This document shows, in pieces, positions 24,739 through 37,600 of a stretch of DNA of 64,000 nt. This stretch comes from Daphnia carinata. Its lineage: Eukaryota. Location: assembly GCF_022539665.2 (NCBI RefSeq), contig NC_081332.1:5146001-5210000 (forward strand), written 5' to 3'. The translations under genes and the position numbers were made by a program. Numbering within the stretch: the first letter of the stretch is position 1; each line of letters begins with the position of its first letter. The notes below the pieces were generated by a model that saw nothing but the letters and a program-made list of their open reading frames with translations, was not told the DNA's origin and searched no databases.

Positions 24739-27700
24739 ATGGCCAAAGTGGATCTAATTCTCTTGGTTATCATCATGCCGAGTTTTTTACGGACGTTAAT
24801 TCTTTTTATTCTATTCGTTGGGTTCGCGTCCATCGATGGTCACAGCTACGACGAAGCCCGTTCAGTCTCACTGATTAACCGAATTGACCGTTACCATCGT
24901 AGTATAGGGAACGAGCTTCCCAATGACCAGAATCGCCTGGACGATCACGGACACATCGGTAACGACGGTGAGGATTTCACTGCCAATGCTCCTTTTACCA
25001 ATGAATGGGTAGTTGAAATCCAAGGAGGCGCAGAAGCAGCGGCAAGACTCGCAGAAGAAATGGGTTTCGAAATACATGGCGAGGTAAAACATTTTTTTAG
25101 AACCTTTCGCACGTTGCGATGTAAACGAAGAAAAACTAATTTTTATAAATTGTAATCATCTTCAAATTTAGAATGATTTTTGTTTTTGTAGGTGCCGAAT
25201 TTTCGTGATTTCTACCGGCTACACAAATCGGATCACCCAAGACGACAACGAGCTCACGCGTCTCATTTGTCCCGCCAACTTACGGATGACGTTCGCGTCT
25301 TGTGGGCCGAGCAGCAATTCGCAAAGAGAAGACAAAAACGTGGTTACCTTCCTGACTATCCTCCTTTCGAAACTGAAGAATCCACGACATCCGAAGATCA
25401 TCGTCCGCTTATTCGTGTCAAACGAGAATCCTCCGAAAGTAAGATAACCTAAGTTCCCAATCAAAATTCTTCATATGACCATTAAAATTTCCAGGTGATG
25501 ATGTACCATTAATCCGCAAAAAGCGTTCTGATATGGAAATGCCAGCAAAATCACGTCGTCTTTTTAATGACGAACTATGGGATCATCAATGGTACATGGT
25601 ATGTAGAAAGATCAACAAACGTTCTGTTATTATTGTCCCATCTAACAAGTTGATTTCTTGATATCCAGCACGATACGAGAACTAAAGCTGCACTACCTCG
25701 ATTAGACCTGAATGTTCTGCCCGTCTACAATATGGGTTACACTGGCCGCGGAGTCACCGTCCTCGTCCTAGACGATGGTATAGAAAGCAGCCACACTGAC
25801 ATTCGCAATAATTACGTATGTTTTTATTATATTTTCTTTTCTTTTAAACTGTCATGATCTCTGTTTCTACAGAATGCTAAAATCAGCTACGATATGAACG
25901 ATGATGATCCAGATCCTACACCACGCTATGGGAAAGGTGCAGTTAACAGTCACGGAACGAGATGCGCCGGTGAAATCGCCATGGAGGCCAATAACAAAAA
26001 ATGTGGCGTCGGAGTGGCTTTTAACGTCAGCGTCGGTGGTGTTCGCATGTTGGATGGCGCTGTCAGCGATCGAGTAGAAGCCTCTTCTCTTTTGTACGCT
26101 CTCGAAATGGTTGACATTTACAGCGCATCATGGGGACCAAGTGATGATGGTAAAACCGTTGAAGGTCCAGGCCGCCTTGTCCGTCAAGCTTTACTTCGAG
26201 GAGTAACGGAGGTAAGTTGACGGGAAATCGTTTAAATCAAGTGGTACTTAATAATAATAAAAAATGGCTCAATTTTGGTATTGCAAGGGGAGAAAGGGCA
26301 AAGGAGCAATTTATATTTGGGCTGCTGGAAACGGTGGCCGAGTGCAAGATAATTGCAATTGCGACGGCTATGTTTCTTCCATCTACACTTTGTCGATTGG
26401 GAGTGTTTCAGAACAAGGTGATTTCCCCTGGTACGGAGAACAATGCGCATCGACAATGGCAGTCACCTACTCCAGCGGTGCCTACACCGACCAGAAAATA
26501 GTAAATTAGATTTCCAGAGAATTGCCCGAGATATTGTTGCGTTTGTCCGCACAACAATGGCTGATACGTAGTCTTCAATTGACAGGCTACCATCGATCTG
26601 AACGACACGTGTACCATGGATCACACCGGGACATCGGCTGCCGCCCCACTAGCGTCCGGAATCGTAGCTTTAGCGTTGGAGGCCAAGTAATTTGTTTTAT
26701 ACTTCTTTGTTGGTGACAGCAACTGTTTGTTCACATGCAATCTCATTCCGCAGCCCCAATTTGACTTGGAGAGATGTCCAGCATTTGGTAGCGTGGACCA
26801 GCGAGTACAAACCACTGGAGGTCGAGACAATTCAATATTTAGGTTTACAAACTTAAATGAATTGGGTTGATTTGGTTTAGGATAATATTGAATGGCAAGA
26901 AAATGCTGCTGGTATGCGTTTCAATTCGCGATTCGGGTTTGGAATGATGAACGCAGCAAAATACGTTCTGGCTGCAATCAATTGGACTATTGTTCCAGCC
27001 AAAGCAATTTGCACCACGCCTTCTGATAGGTAGTTGCCCTCAAAAATCCAAAGTACTTTCGGTATCAAATCGATTAAGTTTCCATTTTTTTTATCATCAT
27101 CCATCAGCAATTTACCTGTGCTGTTTACCAACCGAGAATGGGGGACTGTCACATTTGCGAGCGACGGATGTGCTGGCACTCTGAATGAGGTCAACTTCTT
27201 GGAACATGTGGAAGTAATCGTCAACATTGAATATCCAGTACGAGGTCAACTTGAAATCGATTTGATCTCACCTTCAGGTTTGCCCCCCTGCTGAATGGAA
27301 AAACTTAACATCCTTTCGTAATGAAAGTTTTATTTAAATGTGCTTACGTCATGCAGGCACTCGCACGCAAGTGTTAAAGCCTCGTTCCAAGGATCAATCA
27401 AAACTTGGCTTCGTGAATTGGCCGTTTATGTCGGTGCACACGTGGGGAGAGAACGCGAAAGGTCAATGGAAATTAATCGCAACTGATGTGGTGAATTTTC
27501 TATTTCTCTTTTTTTTTTTTTTTGGTTTACTTTAATATTAAAGAGCAGCAACAAAGAATGGACTGTAAATGAACTATGTACGTATGTTCGTCATTTGTTG
27601 TAGTCGAGCCAAAAGCCGAGCCTTTTGTCCGGACGCATCGTTAACGCCGCGTTAGTCCTGCACGGCACTTCCGCCATGCCCGACTACCGGAAGAACGGCG

Positions 27701-28000
27701 CTAGGATTTATGACGACGCATTCAGCCAGCTTTCTTCTCGCTCTGTATTGTATTATAATAGACATACAGTACAAAACATAGTCATTTAAGCATATGCTGC
27801 TACATCGATTCCGCATAGCTCATCGATCGAAACCCCCTGTTTTTTTTTATTTACAGCACGAGGCAGCAATAAATAACAAAATAGATGACGACGACCATAG
27901 GCTCGACATCAGCCAACTGCGTTCCGAAAATCCTAACCTTTCGTGGAAAGATTTGATTGGAGTGAAACTCGCTCGTCATTCATCAGCTGACGACAATTAA
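24739..28000 (+). CDS. PCSK1: Neuroendocrine convertase 1 (PC1/3)-like subtilisin proprotein convertase
   Basis: Signal peptide, prodomain, [29 protein letters not shown] (PC1/3-type), [14 protein letters not shown] domain; no Cys-rich or TM region. Confidence 0.85.
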
Positions 28001-28424
28001 TGATTTACACAAGCGTATGCAATTTTTTTCATTTCAAATTTGTATTGGTTTCCCTTTCTGTTCTAATCATCGTGGCAAACATTAGCTTTCAACCAGAGTG
28101 GGGCGTGGACGACGTTGGACTGGCCCAGTTTTGAACCATTAATTTTTGTTACAGGTTCCCAAACAATGAATAAATAGGAGTTTACGTACATCGAATCACG
28201 TTAAAAAAAAAATCTAACAGAAACAACAAAAAAAAGAGAGATTTATGAGAACCACAACAATATGCGTATATCCGGAGACAACGCCCTACGTTCTTATTTG
28301 ATATGTTATACGAATACGTTATTTTGTTCACTTGCCCTGTCATTCCGTGTGTTGCTAAAAAAATGGCTACCGCTACGCATGAATAATGGTATAAATCATA
28401 AAATGCTCGAGTGCGCATGAAAAT

Positions 28425-30184
28425 TCAAACAGATTCTTCATTCAACGGATATTTGAGGATGGCGGGCGGAAGATGTCGGCTGTATACACCGATATTGGCA
28501 CAATGATTGACCACCGCTGCCACCGACTCGAAACGACGTTCAGGCAAGGTGATCAGCGTGAAATCTTTGTTCGCATCGTCATCCCGAGTGTTGCAGCAAA
28601 TACGAACGTGCAGAAATCCATTTTCACCTCTGCTCACCGCCCATAGAAAAAAAAAAAAATTGATTTGAATAAAAAAAGGTGAGAGTTGTTCTGTTTTTTT
28701 TTTTTTTTTTTTTCAAACAAATGACTAAGCATTTTTTTTTCTCTTTTGCTATCTCACTCTCTTTTTTTTTCTTGTCGTCCTAATTACATACCTGGCGGCT
28801 AGAAAGTAGTCGTCGTGGCTGGCCAACGAGTCACGAACGAGGAACGAGCCCGCCGGCGCTGGTCTCAGTCGTTTTTCTGCATCCCGTCGCGTGATGGACC
28901 CGTGATACCAACTGTTTTTTTTTTAGCAAGAAAAACAAAACAAAAAAAAAGCCACGAATCAAAAACAAGAAATGAGTCACGAATCGTTAGAGCAAAAAAA
29001 AACTCGATGAATGAAGAACAAAAAGGTTGACTACACGGAAGAAAGGTATTGAAATTTAAAGCAATGTTGAATCAATTACCTTTGAATTTCAAGAGGAATT
29101 GTATCGTCGACTAAATCCTTAAAACCGACAGCAGGTGCTACGAACGGAAGGCTCTGCAACGGTGGTGGGAAAGGCAGCGTGAGTGAAAGCTGACGGATTG
29201 GAGCGCCCGTTTGCGGCTTGAAGATGCCCGTGTTGTTGTTGGTCCCGCGGCGCAATTTAGGCATGAGAAAAGGTAAATTCTCTTCCGGTGGCTCGGATGA
29301 TGAAGACGACAAAAATTCTTGTAAATTTCACACACACATAAAATACGTCGAATAATTTCCTTTTTTAATTCGGCAGTTGAATCGATAACACGCAAAGGGG
29401 ATAAACGGATCGAGTTACCTTGACTATTGTCGAGTGAGAGATGGAGCGGCGGTTTGTTCAGCGGTTGAAGAGCTTCGTGAGAGTCGTTCGTAACCAACGA
29501 GTTGGCTGATATGGAGATACCACTGTCAGAGCCATTGAACCCCGCAGCACTTCCGCCGGGCCTGCCGCTGATGATGTTAGAGAAAAGAGATTGAGGGCGT
29601 CGCCTTGCGGACGCGTGGAACTCGAATGGAACAGCGGACGATGACGTGATAGGAACGGTTGTTGTCGTCAACATTTGACTCGTCTCATTTTCCGACTTGT
29701 CGGAAATGGGAGACAGGACGGCCTCGCTAATTTTGGTCCTTTGTTTTGGCGACAGGTGGAGCGAGAATCCACGGTGATGATGATGATGGTAATTATGGTG
29801 CGAATCGACCGAGTGAAACAAATGATGCGTTTGCTGCAGCGATCGCGAACGATTCAAGATCAACCGGCCGTCAAGGTCTTGGGCGGCATCGTCCAGACTG
29901 CAAATACTCGTTTGCAAACTGGAAATGTTGGAACGTTGTAGCTGTAACGAGCTTCTGTCCGGCTCCGAATGACCAGTCATGTCAATATTTGGATTGCTGT
30001 TCATACTGGACGTCACCGCTTTTCTGGCTCGGATGACGGCCTGCTGAATTTTACGCACGATCGGATGATTCACGGCTGAATCAACTTCTTCTGGTGGGTT
30101 GTCCGGCTCAGATGGCCACCAATCGCTTCGTCCATCGAAAAATGATGTCTCGTAAACATACCGGATTTTTACGGCCGAAGCCAT
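28425..30184 (-). CDS. SH2-domain adaptor protein (SHB/SHF-like C-terminal SH2)
   Basis: PLEIQ|..WYHGSITRRDAEKRLRPAPAGSFLVRDS exon (~28790-28890) and final exon FLHVRI...FESVAAVVNH...LKYPL; long disordered Ser-rich N-part; start uncertain. Confidence 0.78.
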
Positions 30185-33100
30185 CCGCACGAATGGATTT
30201 TTCAAGAATATTCTTAACTCTTCGAAACCTGGAACACGGAAGCTTAAAAAAAAAATTGCATAAACGGATGCTTGTTTACAACTTCGGATGGAGGTCAAGA
30301 AGAACGTAATGCGAAACTTACTGCGGACAGATGAATGATGGATGAGACGAGAGAAGGTGCTTGTCAAAGCTGCGGCTGCCGCCACGGCCGGGGGCACGAC
30401 CCGTTATGATGGAGGATGGAAGTAAAGCACGTTGGAACTTGTTCCCGCTGATACCTGGCTCCTCATGGGTGAATCATCGGGCTCCCCCCGTTCAACGAAG
30501 AAGCTCCGCCCACCCCTGACAGCAAACCGACGGGACCAGTCGATGAGGGTGAGTCGACGCCGATCAATACGTCCATCTTGCCTCCTCTTTTCTCTCCCTT
30601 TTTTCTCCCTCTTCCATATGGATGTATGTGTGTGTGTGTGTGTGTGTAGAAAGAGGGTGAAAAATCCGGCAAGGAGGTGTAGGAGGGCTGGGAGGAAATG
30701 GGTGATCCTGCGCGCCACAGACTGTGACGGCCGGGGGGGGGGGTGGTGGTGACTCACGCCGGATTTCGGGGGATCTACTCTCGCTGTTGACGACGTTATC
30801 GTTCTTGCCGACGGTTCTTTTCTTGTTTTTATTTATTTTATTTTTTGTTTTCTTCGCCCCCACCCCCCCGTCTTTTTCACTCTTTCATTTCCTTTCAGGT
30901 TTCAGTAGAAGCGAAAAGGGTATCGATTTTAGTTCCAGAAGGTCTTCATCTGCTTTATTTTTATGTCCGACGTGGAAATTTGACGGCTGTTGCCCGTTTG
31001 GCTATTGTGTGTAAATCATTGAACGGACGATGATTTATCGATTTCCAATGTCTCCAAGTAAATTGCGCTATTCGGAAACATCTCCGCCCCAAAAGCTTTC
31101 TAACCCAGTTAATGTTCCGTCCCTAGTAAGTGTGTGAAACATTTGACAGGCGTAATCAAGAAAAAAAAAAACCCAAGTCGAGCACGAATAATCATGGAAT
31201 GATTGGAGAACGTTATTAAGCGACGACTGCAATAGACAGATGCGTCCATAATAATAAGAGAAACGCGGATGAAGAACGTTATTACTAGGGAGATAAAGAC
31301 AGCAGACTCTTGTATCTATTTACTGTATCGATCTCAATCTTCTTGCCTTCCTATAAACACATTTCTCATCGTAGATGTACACAGACCCCCCAATGAGCCA
31401 AACAGACAAGTGTGGTTACATCTGGGCCAAAAAACTCAATAGACTCGTCCGCGGGTACAGCGATTAAATCCGTATGCGTAGAAGGCTTACGTTGATGGTG
31501 TGTTCTCTCAACTAAAAACGCACAGTTTGATGAGTACGTCGGTACAGGTCTGTAAAAAAGAATTTTAAAAGGGGAGAGTGCCATCATCACGTTTGTCCTT
31601 GTCCTAACGCAATTACAAACCGGACGGCTATAGTTTCAGGTTTGGATTAGAGGGGAAAGAAAAACCCAAAGTTTCTGTCTGTAATAAAGGGAGAGTATCC
31701 CCGACTGTATGGTAGAGAAAGTTACGTCCTTGATCGCAACGAACCAGTAATGAAACCGACATGAAAATGTCCTTCAATTTAACACATGAAACGGTATATA
31801 GTGCAATCTGTACGGTTGCCCTGTTTTGAGGGGGGCTGAACGCAGCACATCCACAATTTCGCAAATGGGCAATATGTGGCACAAGTTAAAATCCAAAAAA
31901 CTACAAAGAGCTTAACGAAGCATTTCTTACAGGTATTTCCACACCAGACGGGTGAGAATTTTCAAATCTATGCTATTTCTAAAAGAGAAAACGATGACAT
32001 AAAAGCGCACATTACACGCCATTGTACTACATTCTTTTTTTCTTCTATTTATTACACAGGGTTACTGCGTTTCTTTATATCACTGTTACGTGTCGGTATT
32101 TCGGGAGGTTAAAAACAACATGCGTGACCGGAATCTGATTGATTCTTTTGCTTTACAAATATCTTCCTTTTTTTTATTTTTCCTCCTTTGTGTCTGTATT
32201 TTTGCATTTTCTTCGTTATACCGGATAACATTTTCCCTTTCTAGTTGCGTACTCGTGGTACGAGATGAAGGAGCGGATATCCGCTTCTCGGCACCACTGC
32301 TGGCAAGCGTGATGATGGAATAAAGAGAGGATCTGCCCAAGGCCTCGTAAGTATATTGCATTATTCCCGTCCGCCCCCGTTTTTACCAATTGGACGATAT
32401 GAAACGGAGAGAGGAACAAAGAGCGAGTTCTAGTCGGTTAGGCATGTAGAATAGAATAAGGGCGACAGTAGCGAAATGTAGTATCACAGTTGTTGGATCT
32501 ATTATGAAATTCCCTGTTGAGCTGTCTCGCTCTGACAACCAAGAGAAACACAAGAAAGAAAGAAAAAATATTTGCAGATATAATTCTTTTTGTCTTTCAG
32601 CAAATAGCAGCTTTCTTTGTTCTTTCACGTTTATCTGTGCGTTTGTTTTAGGCGCTCTACTGAACACGAATTAGATCGTTTTGTAGCGATTACTTCGTCA
32701 ATGCCTCTCGTTGCTAATTTCACGATGTATTGCCGTGCCAGGATTATTTTTTTTTTTTACATCTGTAGGAAGAATCAATCGCTCAAGATTGCAATGGCCT
32801 TTGTGATGTAGCTTTTATTATTCTTAACGATGGTGTTAATCCCTTGACTTATTTTAGGACCCGTCAAATTCAAGAGGCCGTGAATCATAAAGGCTTAGTT
32901 GATCTGGTGTGTACTCGAGTGAACGTGAATACAACAGTCACGATTTCCATGGTGTTTTATAGTTACTCTGAAATACTGGAGAAACAGAGCTATAACAATG
33001 GTGTTGTAAATCAAACCAATAAAAAAGTAGAAAATGACACGTTTGAGCAGACATCCATATCGAGTTGCTTTATTTTTATCAAGTAAATAACGAGCCCAAT

Positions 33101-34680
33101 GAGAAAAGCTTTGTCACCCTGATAAACTATACAAAAAGATCAAACGTTTGGAATTTCATGCCATGTTTTAGGTATTGTTCGCAAGATGTCCTCGTCCCAC
33201 GTAATCCAGTTTCATGTCACGATGCTCTTTTTTTGAAAGTGACCTTTTGGTGGTCGTGCCGAAATTATAATCTTGATCAGAGTGGATGATTAAAGGGACT
33301 TTTAATTCCTTTTTTAACCAGTGTCAACTAGTCCAGCGACCCAAACCAAAATGACAAGAAGAGTATACATTTAAGAGGCGCCAAGATCCCTGGCGCCCGA
33401 TGATGACATTCAATGTTGCACAAATGTCAACAGAACGTGGGTTAACAAAAGAGCTATACCCTTAATATGGCTGGTCCGTTCTGTAACAAATGGAGAACAT
33501 TAATACACTTTTCTTTAGTGGCGTGTGAAAGTAGGTCCCGTGCCATTGGGTACCTTCCTATAATGACCGTAGCTGAACATACACAGTTTTCGAATGACCT
33601 ACTCTCTGCCAACGATTGGGCATTAAAATGCTTGCTAAATTCAGCACAGGTCATGTTCTCCCTTGCTCCAATGAATCACGCCTTTTTAAAATACAAATTA
33701 AATAAAAGGTTGAAAAAAAAATCAGTGAACGTGTTTTAAGAAACAAATTTCTAAGAGGGGCTGTGTGAGCAATGGTGTGACGTCATGTGAAAGTGGCCAG
33801 CAGTTGGCGCTTTTTATGCGAAGGAGGGGAGAAAGAAACCAGAAACCAATGCTGCTACCATTGTGTGTGTATGTATGTATGCAATTTCCATGGCGCTGTC
33901 TGCTGCTCTCGGCGAAAGTGAACTTTCGTGAAGGTCCAGCTTAGCTGCAGGGTTCTTTTTTTTTTTAGTTTTATATACACAGAAGGAGACCAAGAGAACT
34001 GTGGAGAGAAAAGAATAATAATAAAGTCTCTCTCTCTTCAGTCTATGCTAAGATCTGTGTTCGTCGAGTTCTGAAAAACTTTCTACTCCTGCTGTAGAGT
34101 TGAAGGTATACGTCAAAACAACAGACGCACCAGGGCAGTGAAGGAATTTGATTCTTCTCTGCAGTAATTTCATCTTCTTGTCACCGAAGAAGGTAAACGA
34201 TTTAATTCGCTAGTTAACCAATTAAAGTGCTATTTCCGAAATGGAAACAATTAGTTCGAATCGCAGCAAAAAAAAATATAAATTTAAAAAGAAAGCGGCC
34301 GTCAACCAACACTGACAATGTTGACACTTCATAATGTTGTCAAAACAGATCAAGAAGATTACATGGCGGTCGACAGGATGATGTATGTGCGTTGATCTGT
34401 GTTGGAAATGGTTAGCTGTGTAATATCTGTTACAAAGGGAAAAGTGAAAGTTGCTCATGCTGAGTAGTACATATAAGTGCCCTTTTACAAAAAAAAAAAG
34501 TAAAATAAATGAGATTTTTATAGCCTTGAGCTGACTCGCTGTAAAAAAAAGTTGTTTGGAGCATTGAAATCTGTTTGATCCAATTTCTCTAAATTCCGCA
34601 ATGTTTTGCATGTTGTTTCAGGCTACCAATGGACTCTACTTCTCCGTGGTTCTGACCACAACATCTCAGCAGGAGGGAGA

Positions 34681-37600
34681 ATGTCTTCCAGACTCGGCTA
34701 CCAGAGAACTTGTGATACAACAGTGATGTCTGTGATCATCAGGCAGATGATTCTGCTGGCTATCGTGTACTTTTCCTACTGCTGTGCTAAAATTGTGGAC
34801 GGATCCAATGACTTGGTGTACAATAATCAATTCGCAGTGAACATTCCAAATGCTACTGAAGTGCTAGTCCAGCTCATCGCAGAGAAACATGGCTTCCGCA
34901 GCTTGGGCCAGGTAATAATTCACATACAAAGAAAGAAAATGTCCTTAAGAATTCAGCTTATGTTTATAAGTGGGGAAAGTCATGACAAGAGCTCTCTCTG
35001 AATGGCTTTTTTTTTAAACATATGAGGACTTTCATGTGAAGTATTTTTCATTGAAAAGGAGAAAGTCTATTCACTGTCATTTTCTTTTTCAACTACCAAA
35101 CTAGTCCTGCAGGGTTTTTTTTTTTGTCTTGTAAACCAGATCTCCTTTTATGGGGTCCTTGAAAGCCGGTTTTTTTAAGTAGTCTGGTTTCGGCAGGTTG
35201 AATGCTTAATAATTTCCTTTTCATCCCGTACATAGGTTGGATCTCTGGATGGGTATTTTTTATTTGAACATGAACACGTCCACAAGCGGTCGGCCGATCC
35301 GAGCGGCCTTCACCACGAAAAGCTCGTCAACGAACCGGGGGTATGTGTGATCAGACACTTTCTTCCTTCCCAATTAAGTAACATCTTGGCTAGACCTGTA
35401 TATAAATGTCCCCCCTTTTTTTTTTTTGAACGAATTGTAACAGGTTGTATGGGTAGCACAGCAATTCGAGAAGAGGCGGTATAAGCGAGATTTCGCTTCT
35501 CGTGCAAGTATCAGCAACTTCGCCTTGGGTAAAGGCAGCGAATTTCCCGATCCTTTCTACAGAGAGCAGTGGTATCTGGTAAGTAATTTTATTTTGCATC
35601 GAACTTGTTCATTTCCAACTTTTGCTATCGGTGTTTGTTTTCCTCGTTACCACCAAGGGCGCTGCACCTTGAACGTGCATACGAACTATATTTCTGGCAA
35701 TAGAAGCACTAATGTAATTATGTGTTCCCGGGCACCGTGAAATATTTCGGCGAGTCCGCGTGGTGTTTACATAACGCCACATGCCTGCAAAAGCGCCGAA
35801 ACACGCGAGAAGAATAAGTGGAAAATAAGAGAGGGTTCCAATTTCTTGGGTTTTTACGCTAGAGCAAATCTTTTTGAAGCCAAATGTTTCGTGCGAGTTT
35901 CAGTGGAACAGTTTCGAGACAGATAAAAATGGAAAAATACCGTGAAATGGCACGGATCGTGAAGTGCACGGGAAAGCTGATCTGTCAGAAATATTTTTAT
36001 TTATGCGACTAGAAGGACACATCATTGAATGTTTGCATGGCACCAAACTGGCATTCAAGGTTTATGAAGCGGAACACCTTCAAGGACCTCAAATAGAGCA
36101 GAAACTCGACTTTCATTGATTATCGCTTTTACATTGTGCAAGCTCACTTAAGTGTTTTACTTGATTAACATTTTTTTTGTTTTTGGCAAACAGCATGGTG
36201 GAAGTCAGGAAGGCTTCGATATGAATGTTATACCCGCCTGGCGGAAAGGTTACTCGGGCAAAGGCATTGTCGTTTCTATTTTGGACGATGGCATTCAAAC
36301 CAATCATCCCGATCTCGCCCAAAACTACGTAATTGAGCTTTTATCATTATTACTTTTGTTGCAATTGTAAACGTAAATTTGTCTGAAATTGAAAGGATCC
36401 GCTGGCCAGCTCGGATATCAACGACAACGATAACGATCCCATGCCGAGAGATAATGGCGACAATAAACACGGGACGAGATGCGCTGGCGAAGTAGCCGCC
36501 GTTGCGTTTAATTCATTTTGCGGTGTTGGCATCGCTTTTAATGCCAGCATCGGCGGCGTGCGGATGCTCGACGGCACGGTCAACGATGCCGTTGAAGCGA
36601 GAGCACTCAGCCTTAATCCAGACCATATCGACATTTACAGCGCCTCTTGGGGACCGGAAGATGACGGCAAGACGGTCGATGGACCAGGACCTCTTGCCAA
36701 ACGTGCCTTCATCAACGGTATTATGAAGGTAATTCATGAATTTTTTTGTTGTTTTCTATTGACGACTTATTTGAATGAATCATTCCAGGGGCGAAAGGGC
36801 AGAGGATCGATCTTTGTTTGGGCTTCGGGTAACGGCGGTCGCCATGATGATTCTTGCAATTGTGACGGCTATACGAATTCCATCTTTACTTTATCAATAT
36901 CCAGCGCCACTCAAGGAGGGTACGTCTATTGAACGCTTTAATCAATTGAAGTGGATTGGTTAACAAATAAGTCTTTATCATCATAGATTCAAGCCTTGGT
37001 ATCTCGAGGAATGTTCATCCACTTTGGCAACTACATATAGCTCGGGTCGGCCTGACGTGGATCGATCCATCGCCACGGTCGATATGGACGGCTCACTGCG
37101 ACCGGAATTTCTCTGCACTTCGGATCATACAGGCACATCTGCCTCGGCTCCATTAGCCGCTGGTATCTGTGCCTTGGCCTTAGAAGCCAACTCTAACCTT
37201 ACTTGGAGAGATATGCAGCACCTGGTCGTGTTCACATCCAGGCCAGATCCACTTCACGACAATGGCTGGGTTACTAATGGCATCGGGAAGAAAGGTAATA
37301 TATTGATATGATTTTCTCATTTAAATTTTTATAATTATTTTTTTTAACAGTGAGTCATAAATTTGGTTATGGCCTCATGGATGCCTCAGCCATGGTGACG
37401 TTGGCTGAGCAATGGACTAACGTGCCTCCGCAACATGTCTGCCAAACACCGGCCGATCAAAGCGACAGGCTCATTCCCAGCGGTTTTGGTCAGAAATTGG
37501 AAGTTGTGGTGGAGACGGATGCTTGCGCCGGATCTGCTCACGAGATTCGTTTCTTGGAACACGTTCAATGCAGAATTTCGCTCCGATTTGCTCCCCGTGG

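Noticed and set aside
30404..33739. Short ORFs and an exon-like segment at ~32245-32346
   Set aside because: Microsatellite/low-complexity derived; probably UTR exons or regulatory DNA of the flanking genes
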